Source: an uncultured Armatimonadia bacterium
GTDB taxonomy: Bacteria; Armatimonadota; Zipacnadia; CAVVLO01
Assembly: GCA_963749155.1 (NCBI GenBank)
Contig: CAVVLO010000005.1
Location: 32,001-96,000 of the forward strand
Length of the DNA stretch: 64,000 bases
Direction: 5' to 3'
Both the position numbers and the translations under genes were made by a program. Below are positions 53,086 through 63,050 of this stretch, one piece after another. Each line of letters begins with the position of its first letter. Position 1 is the stretch's first letter. The notes below the pieces were generated by a model that did no database searches, was not told the DNA's origin, and saw nothing but the letters and a program-made list of their open reading frames with translations.

Positions 53086-56000
53086 ATGATACGAGTGCTG
53101 CTCCTGCTGTGCTGCTTCCTGCTGGCAATTGCCTCTCCTCTGCTGGCTGCCGACCAGTTGCTTTGGGACTGGGATCACGGCGGCGCCGACTGGTGGACTT
53201 ATGAGGGCAATGCCTGGGGCAAGATGACTATGGCGCGCGCCGGCAATGACACTCCCGCCCATCTCGAATCCCTGGTTGGCGGCGAGCAGGCCACTGGATC
53301 GATTACCAGCCCGCCCTTCCGAGTCGAGGGAGACCTGCTGGAGCTTTACGCTAACGGCTGGGATGCCAAGAGTGGTTCTGCGGGCCTCAGTTATTTCCGG
53401 GTAATCGACGCCGAGAGTGGCGAAGAACTCGCCCGAGCCAAACCTCCCGGGCAAGATGGTTTTCTGCGTATCCAGCTTGCGCTTTTTGGTCTTCAGGGCC
53501 GGATGGTGCAATTCCAGGCGGTCGACGGGTGCACTGACGGGATGTTCGCCTGGCTCGGTATCGCGCGTATAAGGCAGCTTACCCTCGATGTCCCAGCGGC
53601 CCAAAGCACCTTGAAAGCTTTTGTTCCAGAGCGCGTTTCTGGGCTGACCGGCACCTGGCAGATTCTCACCCACGATGGGGGAGCTAGAACCACTCCGCCT
53701 TACCTCTCCTCCCTTGGACTTGGCGAACCCGGTACCGGAGTTATAGATTCGCCTGCCTGGACCCTCAAGGGAGGCCAGATAAAGCTGGTCATCCGAGGCT
53801 GGGCTGGCCGCGAGGGTGACCGCGACAAGACTTATTTCGAACTCCTCGATTTTGAAACTGGCGATCGTCTGCGTCATACAAAACCACCTTTGACCGATTC
53901 GCCAACTCCCGTTGTCTGGGACGCGTCAGATTTGGCAGGGCGCAAGGTTGTCCTGAGATGCGTAGATTCTGATGGCGATATGAGTTTCGCCTGGCTCGGA
54001 CTCGACAGTATCAAAGTCGAAGATCAGCCCGAGATTACCTTCACTGATGGCTTGCTACTGCGGGACTGGCATGATCCGGATGCTCTTGGCTATGTGCTTG
54101 CGCCCGGTTGCTCCTTCAAGTCAATGGGTTCGCTGGTGCCAGTAGACGGTCAGATAGAAATCCCAATCGGCGTTCAGGGCCGCCGGCTTTGGCTCTGTGG
54201 CCTCTACAATTCGGTAGACCAGGGCGCGCCTGTCTGGGCCTATCCCTGGCCCAACGACAATCGCTTCTGGCTGGGCGATGCATTAGGTTCCATCGAGCTG
54301 GTTTATGCCGATGGCAAAAGAGACCTGGTGCCACTGATGCTCGGGTTTACGGCCTGGTGGGGAAGGCTGCCGGCCGCAGGCTTTACGGAGCCTTTTGATT
54401 CCTCACCCGAGGCGCGCGCTGTTAAAGCCGCCGCGCTTAAAGTGACCGAGACCGGCTCCGGCGCGCCGAGTTGGTTCTATTGCAGCCTGCTCTTGCGCGA
54501 CAAACCCCTTGAGAAACTCGTCCTAAAAGATTCACGAGCCAAGACTGGCTCGGTCGTCCTGAGTGCTTTGACTTTCGAGACAGATGAAGAAAGCCCCGAG
54601 CTTGAAGCTGTACCTTATTACCATGCGCCAGCAAAGGTAATTGAAAACCTGACCATCAATCCGGCAACGCTCGACTTGGAGCAGGTGAGGCAAAAGGTCC
54701 AGGCTCTCGCCGAGGTGCTCTACACCACCCCTGCTGATATCAAAGCAGCCCCCAAGCCTGTTGTGCCTGCCGGCTGGAAAGGCCCTGTAGTCAGTTTTTC
54801 AGGCAATGAATATGCGCGCCTGCTGACCAGTGAGTATTACGGCAACGTGAGCGATATGCTGGCCAAATGTGACGCCGATGGCACCTGGCACACCAGCACC
54901 AAAGACGCCACTTCCTGGGGCAGTTATGAGGGCTTTGGCACCTGGCGAGATGGCTACAACTCATATTATGTCCACGCCTGGTCGCGCGATTTTGGACGCA
55001 GCCTGCACGAGCTTGTAGAGCTGGGCTATGTTGATGTCGCGAACGCCTGCATCGATTGGTCTAACGAGTGGCTGATGTGGTATCCGCGCCAATTCCCAGA
55101 GTTGCAGATTGATGGTAAACCTGCTCCCGCCCACTGGTCGCGCGTTATCAACCTGCCCCAGGTTGAGGGTGAATATGGCAATGCCGAGAACGATGGCCAC
55201 GGGCTGATGATGCTCTTCCACTACAAGACCTGGCTCCATTCGGGTGCCCGCCCCGAGTGGGTTATCGAGCGTTGGGAATACATCGAAGCCGCCGCCGAAT
55301 ACATTCTTTGGCAGATGGAGAATCCTGAACTGTCAGGTTATACCGGTAATGCGCTGCTGACAAATAGCGAATCCTCCGGAGGCATCGCGCCCTCTCTCTA
55401 TCCGGACAACCTCTGTGCCGAGGGGCTTTCTGCTTATGCCAGGATGGCCCGAATGGCTGGACGCATAACTACCTCCAGGCGGTGGGAAGAAGCTGCCGCT
55501 AAATTGCGCGCTGGCAGTGAGGCCGAGTTCATCAAAAACGAAGAGGACCAACTGGTCTGGCGCAGTCCCAACACTGCCTGGGCCTATGGCCACTCTGATC
55601 TGGGGCCGCTCATCTGCCTGCCTGACCGCCAGGGCTTTGTGCCCGAGCTGGCAGACCCTGACTGGTATGAATGCAACCTGGCTACTTACGAGCGTCAGAT
55701 TGGCCGTTGCTGGCCCGAGCCTTTCGTTTCCTCAGTCTGCATGGGATATGGGCAGGGCTTCATCACCCAGGCCGCGTTGCTTTCTGACAATCCTTCAGAT
55801 GCAACTACTGCAGTGCGCAGGATGGCCGAGTTCATCTACTATCCTGATCATCAGCCTTACATTACTCCCGAGGGATGCGAGACCCTGCCCGATCTAAGCG
55901 CCTGGCATCGCACTGGGGACTTGGGCAACGGGGTTCAAGAAGCCGAATGTCTGAAGGCTATCCGCCTCGTGCTGGGCGTGGACGATAATGAGCCTCGACT

Positions 56001-56655
56001 GACCCAGTTCATACCCCGACTAACTAACGACCTGACTGGCTATTCCATCAAGAAATACCCGGTGGTCACCTGGCGAGACCGGGCGGTTGAGGAAGTGCGT
56101 CTCGATGTCAGCTACAACCGCCGTGGTTCTGGTTTTCGCTTCCAGCTGGAGGCTGAAGACCCCCTGAGCGAAGTGCTGGTCCGAGTTGGGCCTTTCTCCA
56201 GGTCTGTCTCCCAGGTTGAAGTTAAGTTCGTTGGCCAGAAAGCTTATACAGAGCCTTGCTATCAGTATGGGGGAGCCAACTGGGCCTGGGTAGATTGTGG
56301 TCGCGACCTAATCGAAGCAGACTTTACTGCCAAGCCAACGAAGTCTGGCAGTTATATCTACAGGCAGTATTATGATAATGACTACCCCACCTACCATCGC
56401 CCCTGGATTATATGGCCACCTAGACCTCACCCACCAGGGGGTGGTCATCCCGGTGGTGGCGGTCATCCAGGTGGAGGTGGTCCAGGCGGAGGCGGTCCAG
56501 GCGGAGGAGGTCCGGGCGGTAATGACTCTGATGATGATGACCATAATGAGCCAGGGGGATCACCCCCAGGCAACCATAACGGACCTGGGCCAGGCACCGT
56601 TGTTGAACCGCCCCCTCCAGGGCCGGATTCAGAACCAGGTCATAATGGTCCCTAG
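53086..56655 (+). CDS. Large secreted protein: two tandem beta-rich domains, putative (alpha/alpha)6 glycosidase domain, Gly/Pro/His-rich tail
   Basis: RBS ggagg; signal peptide; duplicated G.I.SP...GW...KPP...VD...FAWLG domain; AWSRD and ENDGHG motifs; PGGGG repeats. Confidence 0.7.
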   Translation: MIRVLLLLCCFLLAIASPLLAADQLLWDWDHGGADWWTYEGNAWGKMTMARAGNDTPAHLESLVGGEQATGSITSPPFRVEGDLLELYANGWDAKSGSAGLSYFRVIDAESGEELARAKPPGQDGFLRIQLALFGLQGRMVQFQAVDGCTDGMFAWLGIARIRQLTLDVPAAQSTLKAFVPERVSGLTGTWQILTHDGGARTTPPYLSSLGLGEPGTGVIDSPAWTLKGGQIKLVIRGWAGREGDRDKTYFELLDFETGDRLRHTKPPLTDSPTPVVWDASDLAGRKVVLRCVDSDGDMSFAWLGLDSIKVEDQPEITFTDGLLLRDWHDPDALGYVLAPGCSFKSMGSLVPVDGQIEIPIGVQGRRLWLCGLYNSVDQGAPVWAYPWPNDNRFWLGDALGSIELVYADGKRDLVPLMLGFTAWWGRLPAAGFTEPFDSSPEARAVKAAALKVTETGSGAPSWFYCSLLLRDKPLEKLVLKDSRAKTGSVVLSALTFETDEESPELEAVPYYHAPAKVIENLTINPATLDLEQVRQKVQALAEVLYTTPADIKAAPKPVVPAGWKGPVVSFSGNEYARLLTSEYYGNVSDMLAKCDADGTWHTSTKDATSWGSYEGFGTWRDGYNSYYVHAWSRDFGRSLHELVELGYVDVANACIDWSNEWLMWYPRQFPELQIDGKPAPAHWSRVINLPQVEGEYGNAENDGHGLMMLFHYKTWLHSGARPEWVIERWEYIEAAAEYILWQMENPELSGYTGNALLTNSESSGGIAPSLYPDNLCAEGLSAYARMARMAGRITTSRRWEEAAAKLRAGSEAEFIKNEEDQLVWRSPNTAWAYGHSDLGPLICLPDRQGFVPELADPDWYECNLATYERQIGRCWPEPFVSSVCMGYGQGFITQAALLSDNPSDATTAVRRMAEFIYYPDHQPYITPEGCETLPDLSAWHRTGDLGNGVQEAECLKAIRLVLGVDDNEPRLTQFIPRLTNDLTGYSIKKYPVVTWRDRAVEEVRLDVSYNRRGSGFRFQLEAEDPLSEVLVRVGPFSRSVSQVEVKFVGQKAYTEPCYQYGGANWAWVDCGRDLIEADFTAKPTKSGSYIYRQYYDNDYPTYHRPWIIWPPRPHPPGGGHPGGGGHPGGGGPGGGGPGGGGPGGNDSDDDDHNEPGGSPPGNHNGPGPGTVVEPPPPGPDSEPGHNGP
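56434..56520 (+). repeat. Coding PGGGG/PGGGH tandem repeat
   Basis: ccnggnggnggnggt-type 15-18 bp units, about six copies. Confidence 0.8.
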
Positions 56656-56680
56656 CAACAGCACAATTTGAACCAGACAG

Positions 56681-56712
56681 AAAAGGCGGGAGCCCTGGGG
56701 CTCCCGCCTTTT
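56681..56712. terminator. Bidirectional terminator
   Basis: aaaaggcgggagcc-ctgg-ggctcccgcctttt perfect 14-bp hairpin between convergent genes. Confidence 0.85.
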
Positions 56713-56736
56713 GTTATTGATATGTCGCTGAACAGG

Positions 56737-57807
56737 TCAGCCGTTGGTAACTTCCTCGGCTACCCAGTCGCCTACCTGGCTGGTCGTCCAGCCACTGCCG
56801 GCCTGCATGGAGGGCATCTTGCCACTCTCCAGCACCCTCACAACGGCGTCCTCGATGGCCTTGGCAGCCTCGGTCGAGCCGAGTTCGTTGAGCATCATCG
56901 CGCCGGCCAGGATGGTGGCCAGTGGGTTGATCTTGTTGAGGCCTGTGTATTTCGGCGCCGAGCCGTGAATAGGCTCGAACATCGAAACGCCGCCCTTGTC
57001 CGGGTTGATGTTGCCGCCCGCGGCGACTCCAAGTCCGCCCTGGGTCATTGCGGCAAGGTCGGTTATGATATCGCCAAAAAGGTTGGTCGTTACGATAACA
57101 TCGAACCACTCGGGGTTCTTGACCATCCACATGCAGCAGGCGTCTACGAAGGCATAATCCGTTTTGATATCGGGATATTCTGTAGCCACCTCGGCAAAGG
57201 TGCGCCGCCACAGTCCGTGACCATGGGTCAGCACATTGGCTTTGTCGACCAGAGTTACTTTGTTGTCCTTGTTGCGCCTGCGCGCCAGCTCGAAAGCGTA
57301 GCGAATGCAGCGCTCGGTGCCCTTGCGGGTGTAAATCATAAGCTGGGTTGCGACTTCATCGGGCGTGCCGGCCTTGAGCGAACCACCGATACCAGCATAG
57401 GCGTCTTCGGTGTTTTCGCGGACGACCACATAGTCGATGTCTTCGGGCCCCTTGTCCTTCAGCGGGCAGTCAATATGGGGATACAGCTTCACGGGACGCA
57501 GGTTGATGTACTGGTCCAGGGCGAAGCGCAGCGCCAGCAGCAGCTGCTTCTCCAGCACGCCGGTTGGCACATCGGGATGCCCGACCGCGCCAAGATAGAT
57601 AGCGTCGAACTGCTTGAGTTCTTCGACGCCGCCCTCGGGGATTATTACCCCAGTTGCGAGGTAGCGGTCCCCGCCCCAGTCATAGTTCTCATACTGCAGT
57701 TTCAGGTCAAACTTGGAGGCGGTCGCGTCCAGCACCTTGACACCCTCGCGGATGATCTCTGGGCCGATGCCGTCGCCAGGAAGCAATGCAATCTTGTATT
57801 CAGCCAT
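56737..57807 (-). CDS. leuB: 3-isopropylmalate dehydrogenase
   Basis: [52 protein letters not shown]; a tartrate dehydrogenase paralog is not excluded. Confidence 0.85.
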   Translation of the reverse strand: MAEYKIALLPGDGIGPEIIREGVKVLDATASKFDLKLQYENYDWGGDRYLATGVIIPEGGVEELKQFDAIYLGAVGHPDVPTGVLEKQLLLALRFALDQYINLRPVKLYPHIDCPLKDKGPEDIDYVVVRENTEDAYAGIGGSLKAGTPDEVATQLMIYTRKGTERCIRYAFELARRRNKDNKVTLVDKANVLTHGHGLWRRTFAEVATEYPDIKTDYAFVDACCMWMVKNPEWFDVIVTTNLFGDIITDLAAMTQGGLGVAAGGNINPDKGGVSMFEPIHGSAPKYTGLNKINPLATILAGAMMLNELGSTEAAKAIEDAVVRVLESGKMPSMQAGSGWTTSQVGDWVAEEVTNG

Positions 57808-57960
57808 AAGAAGCCCCTTTCTGGATATATGTGTTGCACCTGCTTATAACATATGCCGGGGGTCTTTCGCAAGCGCAGCAGCGCCCTTCACGACTTGCCT
57901 TCAGCTCGGCTGTTACCCTCTGGGCGGGTCTGCTATACTTCTCCGGGGAGGGATGCTCTA

Positions 57961-58971
57961 GTGGTTATCGTGATGCAAACAGGCGCTTCGCAAGACCAGA
58001 TTACCAAGGTCATCAGCGAGGTCGAAGAACTGGGTTTCCAGCCTCATCCGATTTTTGGTGTTGAGAAAACCGTAATCGCTGTAATCGGACAGCGCACCCG
58101 GGAGAAGATGGAGATCCTCCAGATGCTCCCTGGCGTTGAGTCCGTGATGCCCATATTGAAGCCTTACAAGCTTACTTCCCTTGAAGTCAGAGAGAAGAGC
58201 CAGATAAAGATTGGCTCGGTGAGTGTCGGCGGTCATCAACTCGCCATAATCGCAGGGCCCTGCGCCATCGAAAGCCGCGAGATGCTGATGGAGACTGCCC
58301 AGTTCCTGAAAGAGGCTGGAGCCAACTTGCTTAGAGGAGGCGCCTTCAAGCCCCGCACTTCGCCCTATGCCTTCCAGGGTCTCAAACAGGAAGGCCTGCG
58401 TTATCTGGCTGAGGCGCGCGAACTGACCGGCTTGCCCACTGTTACCGAGATCACCGACCCCAGGCATGTTGAGATAGTTGGTCAGTATGCAGATGCCTTC
58501 CAGATAGGCGCTCGCAATATGCAGAACTTCGTTCTGCTCTCCGAGGTGGGCAAGACCAAACTCCCCGTGCTGCTGAAGCGGGGGATGGCCTCCTCCATCG
58601 AAGATCTCCTTATGGCAGCTGAGTACATTATCTCGGCGGGCAATCCCAATGTGGTACTTTGCGAGCGTGGCATCCGTACCTTCGAGACCGCGACGCGCAA
58701 TACCCTGGACCTTTCGGCTGTGCCGGTTATCCAGCGTCTGAGTCACCTGCCTGTCATCGTCGACCCCTCTCATTCGACAGGCGATGCCCATCTGGTGACC
58801 TCGATGACCCTGGCGGCAATCGCAGCAGGCGCTGATGGTGTACTTGTCGAAGTTCATCCCAATCCGATAGAAGCGACCAGTGACCGCAGCCAACAGCTTG
58901 ATTTCGAGGCCTTCGCCACCTTGATCCATAAAGCCAGACGCGTTGCTGACGCTGTAGACAGATCAATCTAG
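57961..58971 (+). CDS. aroF: DAHP synthase, type I-beta with N-terminal regulatory domain
   Basis: [47 protein letters not shown]. Confidence 0.95.
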   Translation: MVIVMQTGASQDQITKVISEVEELGFQPHPIFGVEKTVIAVIGQRTREKMEILQMLPGVESVMPILKPYKLTSLEVREKSQIKIGSVSVGGHQLAIIAGPCAIESREMLMETAQFLKEAGANLLRGGAFKPRTSPYAFQGLKQEGLRYLAEARELTGLPTVTEITDPRHVEIVGQYADAFQIGARNMQNFVLLSEVGKTKLPVLLKRGMASSIEDLLMAAEYIISAGNPNVVLCERGIRTFETATRNTLDLSAVPVIQRLSHLPVIVDPSHSTGDAHLVTSMTLAAIAAGADGVLVEVHPNPIEATSDRSQQLDFEAFATLIHKARRVADAVDRSI

Positions 58972-58990
58972 CCTTCAAGAGGGAGCCGGT

Positions 58991-60272
58991 ATGTCGCGCT
59001 GGACCTGGCTTTTGATTCTGGTATTGCTCCTGTATGCTTTCACCTTTCCCAGGTGGTTGGTGAAGGCTACCGATATGGCTCATATCCAGCTGACCTATGT
59101 TATGTGGGGCGACACCAGCGAGCTCGAGATGAACAAAAGATGGATCGCCGATTTTGAGGACCTGCATCCCGAAAGTAAAATAAATATGGTTGCCACCGAT
59201 GGCAGTGGCACCGATGTCTAAGATAATGACGATGGTCTCGGGTGGCACCGCGCCCGATGTGATGTATGTCTGGCCAGATATCTTCCCCAAGTTCGTCTCA
59301 GAGGGCCTCTATATGCCTCTGGATGATTACCTTGAGAAGCACAATCTTGGACGCGAACGCTGGTTTGCCGAATTGCTTGAGCCTTACACTCACGAAGGCA
59401 AGCTCTACGGGTTGCCTCGCAGTTGGCACCCCTATCTGCTCTACTACAACCAGGACCTTTTTGATTCAGTAGGTGTCACCAACCCTGAGGCCGACTGGAC
59501 CTGGGATGATGTTATCCGGGTGGGGAAGGAGCTTACTCGCGACACTGATGGCGATGGCCGCACCGACCAGTATGCAATCGCCGGAGTGCCCTGGGAGACT
59601 TTCGTCTGGGGTTGCGGGGGAGAGATCTTCGACAAAGAGGGTAATTGCCTGCTGGACACGCCCGAGGCTATCGATGGGCTGACCCTGTATTATGACCTTA
59701 TCTATACCCACCACATAATGCCCACGCCCCAGGAATTGAAAGAAAGCAAGGATGCCCAGTCGCTCTTTATGACGGGTAAAGTGGCGATGTTCGCCCTCGG
59801 CATCTGGTGCGTGCCCGACTTCAGGGGCATCCGCAACTTCGACTGGGACATCCAGGTAATGCCTGCCGGCCCAAAGCTGCAGGTTACCCCACTGGTTACC
59901 GCTGGCTGGGCAACCTATGCGAAGACGCCCCATCCTGAGGAAGCTCTGGCCTTTACGACTTATCTTGCCGGTCCCGAGGCTCAAAGCTACCAGATGCGAA
60001 TCTGGCGCGATCCCTCGGGTCTCAAAGACGTCTTCAACAAACTGCTCTTCTTCGAACCCGAGAAGGCGCCTCTTAACCGGCAGGCGCTGCTGGACTCTAT
60101 TCCCATGGGCAGGTTCCGCAATGTTTTTATGGGGATGGATGAGGTACAGCGCACGCTCAATGAAGAGCTGGATGTCATCTTCAACGGGTATGTAAAGCGT
60201 GACGAGATCCCCGCCACGGTCGAGAAAATCGTTCGCGCAACAAATGCGGTCCAGTCTCAGGTGGCTGATTAA
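58991..60272 (+). CDS. Sugar ABC transporter substrate-binding protein; frameshift near 59215
   Basis: FEDLHP, GGTAPDV, GKLYGLP, LYYNQDLFD, WTWDD, DTDGDGRTDQY, FMTGKVAM, FDWDI. Confidence 0.88.
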
Positions 60273-60827
60273 CGCGCCTTGGGGAAGTTGGCTTTGAGCT
60301 GCTCGCGCAGGCTGCTGGCCTGGGCGATGTAGGATTCGGCATAGCCGACAAAAGCGTCGGGCTCTTCCGGACTGATAACCCAGTTCTTGTCGCCCTGCAG
60401 CAAGACCAGCTTGCCCAGGTTGGTCGCCGACAGCCAACACGCGCCGATGCCCTTTATCCTGAAGCCACCGAAATGCCCATACAGAGCCCGAGGCGCCTGT
60501 CGTCTTGGTGACGTTCCACATCGTGATGCCTTCTGGCCTGCGAGCTGTCTCTACCATCGCCCAGGGGATGAACACGACTCGCGCGCCCGTCCGGCGGACC
60601 GAGAGCCCGTCCGGCATCACTACGTAAGCCACCGGGCGAAAGAGCCTCACAACTACCAAGGTCAGTGCCAATATGCTGGTCGCTGGGAGCAAGCCGTAGA
60701 AGATCTCGAGCTGCTGGAGCTGCCAGCAAACCAGAGCCGCGACAGCCATCCCAACCACCAGGAGCGTGAAGATCGCGGTAGTCCATCTGGTAACTTTATC
60801 TACCTCAGCCGGACGAAACTCCATCAT
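60269..60827 (-). CDS. Membrane protein with bacterial PH domain; frameshift near 60480
   Basis: Two TM helices, then (shifted frame) GLYGHFGGF..WVISPEEPDAF typical of bPH domains. Confidence 0.65.
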
Positions 60828-60838
60828 GGGCCTCCCCT

Positions 60839-62065
60839 TTGAGCTCCAACCCCTTTATAATAACACTCGTGAGAACTTCAGTTGGGGTATTTTGCTGGCT
60901 TGCTTTGGGCTTCTTCCTCTGGAGCCCTGGATTTTCGGGCGAAGCGCCCGAGGATTTTACTCTCTGGCGCCAGGTAAGAGTGCAGGCGCCTGCCGGCTGG
61001 TCTCTGTCCGAATCCGAGTGGCGCCTGGCCCAGCTCCAGGGGCCACTGGGTACTGTGCTGCTGGCCTTCGAGCCTACCCCTCTTGACAAGGCGCCTGATG
61101 CCCTGTTCGAGGCGCTTGTAGACCGGGTCATTGGCCAGCGTATCCATTATGAAGTAGAGCAAAAAGGCACTGCCAGCCTGGCTGGTTTTACCGCGCAGAC
61201 AGCTACAATCGTGGTGCGAGAACCTGCCCCCGATTACACGCGCCTGCGCCTGACTGTAGCCAACCTTGGCCGCAGGACTCTAGTCCTGGCCTGCCTGGCT
61301 CCTGTCCTGTCCTGGCAGCTTGCAGAGCCAGATTTTCGCGCTCTCGAAGCCAGTCTGTCGCTTGTATCAGACCCGGGAGAGTTATGGCCTGTGCCCCTGC
61401 GCGCCAGACCCGACCTTGATTTCTCTGCCTGGAAACATCCCTCCTTGCCTAATGGTCTGGCCTTGTCCCTGCCCGCAGGCGCTCCGACTCAGGTGCTAGG
61501 GGGTGCCGTGTTTTGCTCCCTAACTGAAAGTGACGCCAGGCTCCTGCTGCTTTCAGGCTTCACTTCTACTCCACTTCGGGTGCAAGACGTTTTTGGCTTT
61601 CTTCAAAAACGCCTTGGAGAGGCTTTGCCAGGGGCTACTCGCTTCCGGATTGCCCAGCTTGATCCACTGGGGCTTTCAGCCGTTGTAAAGTGCGTCTGGC
61701 AGGCGCCTGGCAAGCCACCTCGCCGCTTTGCCGGGTTGCTCAGCCTGCAGGGAACCAGTTTGTTGCTGACAGGACTGGAAGCCGCCCCTCGCGGATATCT
61801 GCCTGCCCTGCGTTCTGCAGCCAAGGCACTCGGCCGGATAGATCTTCCACTCGAGCAGCCTTTGGTGCAATTTGCTGTACCGGAGGAGCCATTTGCTGCC
61901 TCGCCCCTCCTGCTCCCACTTTCTCAAAGTGCTGCAGGCTCTCGCCTGATGGAATGGCAGCTGCCAGCTTCGACTGCTGGCGAGTGGGCTTCTCTCGACA
62001 GGGCCCTTGAGGCTGGCCAGCTAGACCCCTGGGACGACTTCCAGCTCGAACTGCTGCTCTGGTAA
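60839..62065 (+). CDS. Hypothetical exported protein (possible PsbP/DcrB-like domains); start uncertain
   Basis: Uninterrupted 408-aa ORF filling the gap; hydrophobic N-terminus; VQAPAGW motif. Confidence 0.55.
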   Translation: MSSNPFIITLVRTSVGVFCWLALGFFLWSPGFSGEAPEDFTLWRQVRVQAPAGWSLSESEWRLAQLQGPLGTVLLAFEPTPLDKAPDALFEALVDRVIGQRIHYEVEQKGTASLAGFTAQTATIVVREPAPDYTRLRLTVANLGRRTLVLACLAPVLSWQLAEPDFRALEASLSLVSDPGELWPVPLRARPDLDFSAWKHPSLPNGLALSLPAGAPTQVLGGAVFCSLTESDARLLLLSGFTSTPLRVQDVFGFLQKRLGEALPGATRFRIAQLDPLGLSAVVKCVWQAPGKPPRRFAGLLSLQGTSLLLTGLEAAPRGYLPALRSAAKALGRIDLPLEQPLVQFAVPEEPFAASPLLLPLSQSAAGSRLMEWQLPASTAGEWASLDRALEAGQLDPWDDFQLELLLW

Positions 62066-62080
62066 TCCCTGCCCAACAGA

Positions 62081-62106
62081 AAACCGGCCCCTTACGAGGC
62101 CGGTTT
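62081..62106. terminator. Bidirectional terminator
   Basis: aaaccggcc-ccttacga-ggccggttt between convergent genes. Confidence 0.7.
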
Positions 62107-62146
62107 CCATATGGCGTTTTGCCCGTCGGGCAGTGTTAGCTACTCA

Positions 62147-62857
62147 TCAATACCAGTGACTGTCGGGTAGAGTCCTTCCACGCATACCCCAGGTGACGGT
62201 CTTTGCATGGCCATCCATAAAGACTCCTTGATACCCTTCCTGGTGGTTGAAAGTATTTGTGAAGTTGACATTTATGTCTTTTGGACCATCCCAGCCGAAG
62301 ATACCGCTCTCGCCGAACAACAGGCGTTGGGCAGGATTTGGTTCACCCCAGTCAGGTGCGCCCAGGGCAGGTCCGGTATCTGGAAAACCATCGGCATCTG
62401 TGCCGTTGTTCCAGACCCAGTTGGGGAACCAGCGGTAGCTGCACCAACCCTGGGTGGGCCCAAGTGTTGCGTTTGTTACTTCGCTTGAGCGCTCGCTAGG
62501 GCATATCCAGATCTGGGTATTGTTGATGTATTTGCCCAACTCACGAACCATACCAATATAGAAGCGATTGCCATAATAGGCGAAGTCGAATTCTGGTGGC
62601 CCAAGGCCAGCTTCGTAGATGTTGCCGCCCCAGGGATTGCATTCCCAGTTGCGAACACTTCCACAAGGCTTGCCGTCATAATCTGTAGCATACATCTGTT
62701 GGGCAAGCGCAATTTGCTTGGCATTAGACAGACAGGCTGACTGACGGGCTTTGTCACGAGCGCGGGCGAAAACAGGGAAGAGGATAGCTGCCAGAATCGC
62801 GATGATCGCGATAACAACGAGCAGCTCGATAAGGGTGAAGCCAGTCTTTTTCTTCAA
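62147..62857 (-). CDS. Prepilin-type N-terminal cleavage/methylation protein with H-X9-DG motif (DUF1559-like)
   Basis: [48 protein letters not shown] and C-terminal [15 protein letters not shown]. Confidence 0.93.
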   Translation of the reverse strand: MKKKTGFTLIELLVVIAIIAILAAILFPVFARARDKARQSACLSNAKQIALAQQMYATDYDGKPCGSVRNWECNPWGGNIYEAGLGPPEFDFAYYGNRFYIGMVRELGKYINNTQIWICPSERSSEVTNATLGPTQGWCSYRWFPNWVWNNGTDADGFPDTGPALGAPDWGEPNPAQRLLFGESGIFGWDGPKDINVNFTNTFNHQEGYQGVFMDGHAKTVTWGMRGRTLPDSHWY

Positions 62858-62905
62858 GTTGCAGGCCTCCTCATTTTGTTGACTACCACCTGACGGGCTG
62901 AAGCC

Positions 62906-62934
62906 ATCTTAAGCTGTTCTTAATGAACAGTCAA
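62906..62934 (-). promoter_or_regulatory. Sigma70 promoter for the prepilin-like gene with overlapping palindromic operator
   Basis: Minus strand TTGACT-N17-TAAGAT; palindrome CTGTTC-N5-GAACAG at 62914-62930. Confidence 0.6.
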
Positions 62935-63050
62935 TATATTCTACCCAGCTTTACGTCTTCCTCTAGTGCCTGCCGGTATCTCGCCGAAATAGTTCCAAAG
63001 TGATAAGCTGCTCCAATTGTATGAGCAAGTTTCCTGTGGGGAGGAAAGCA

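Noticed and set aside
56668..58929. Long antisense ORFs opposite leuB (393 aa) and aroF (323 aa)
   Set aside because: Shadow ORFs opposite well-conserved genes; explained by codon bias
59466..60827. 453-aa minus-strand ORF overlapping the SBP gene
   Set aside because: Only the first ~115 aa belong to the PH-domain gene; a frameshift extends it artificially antisense to the SBP
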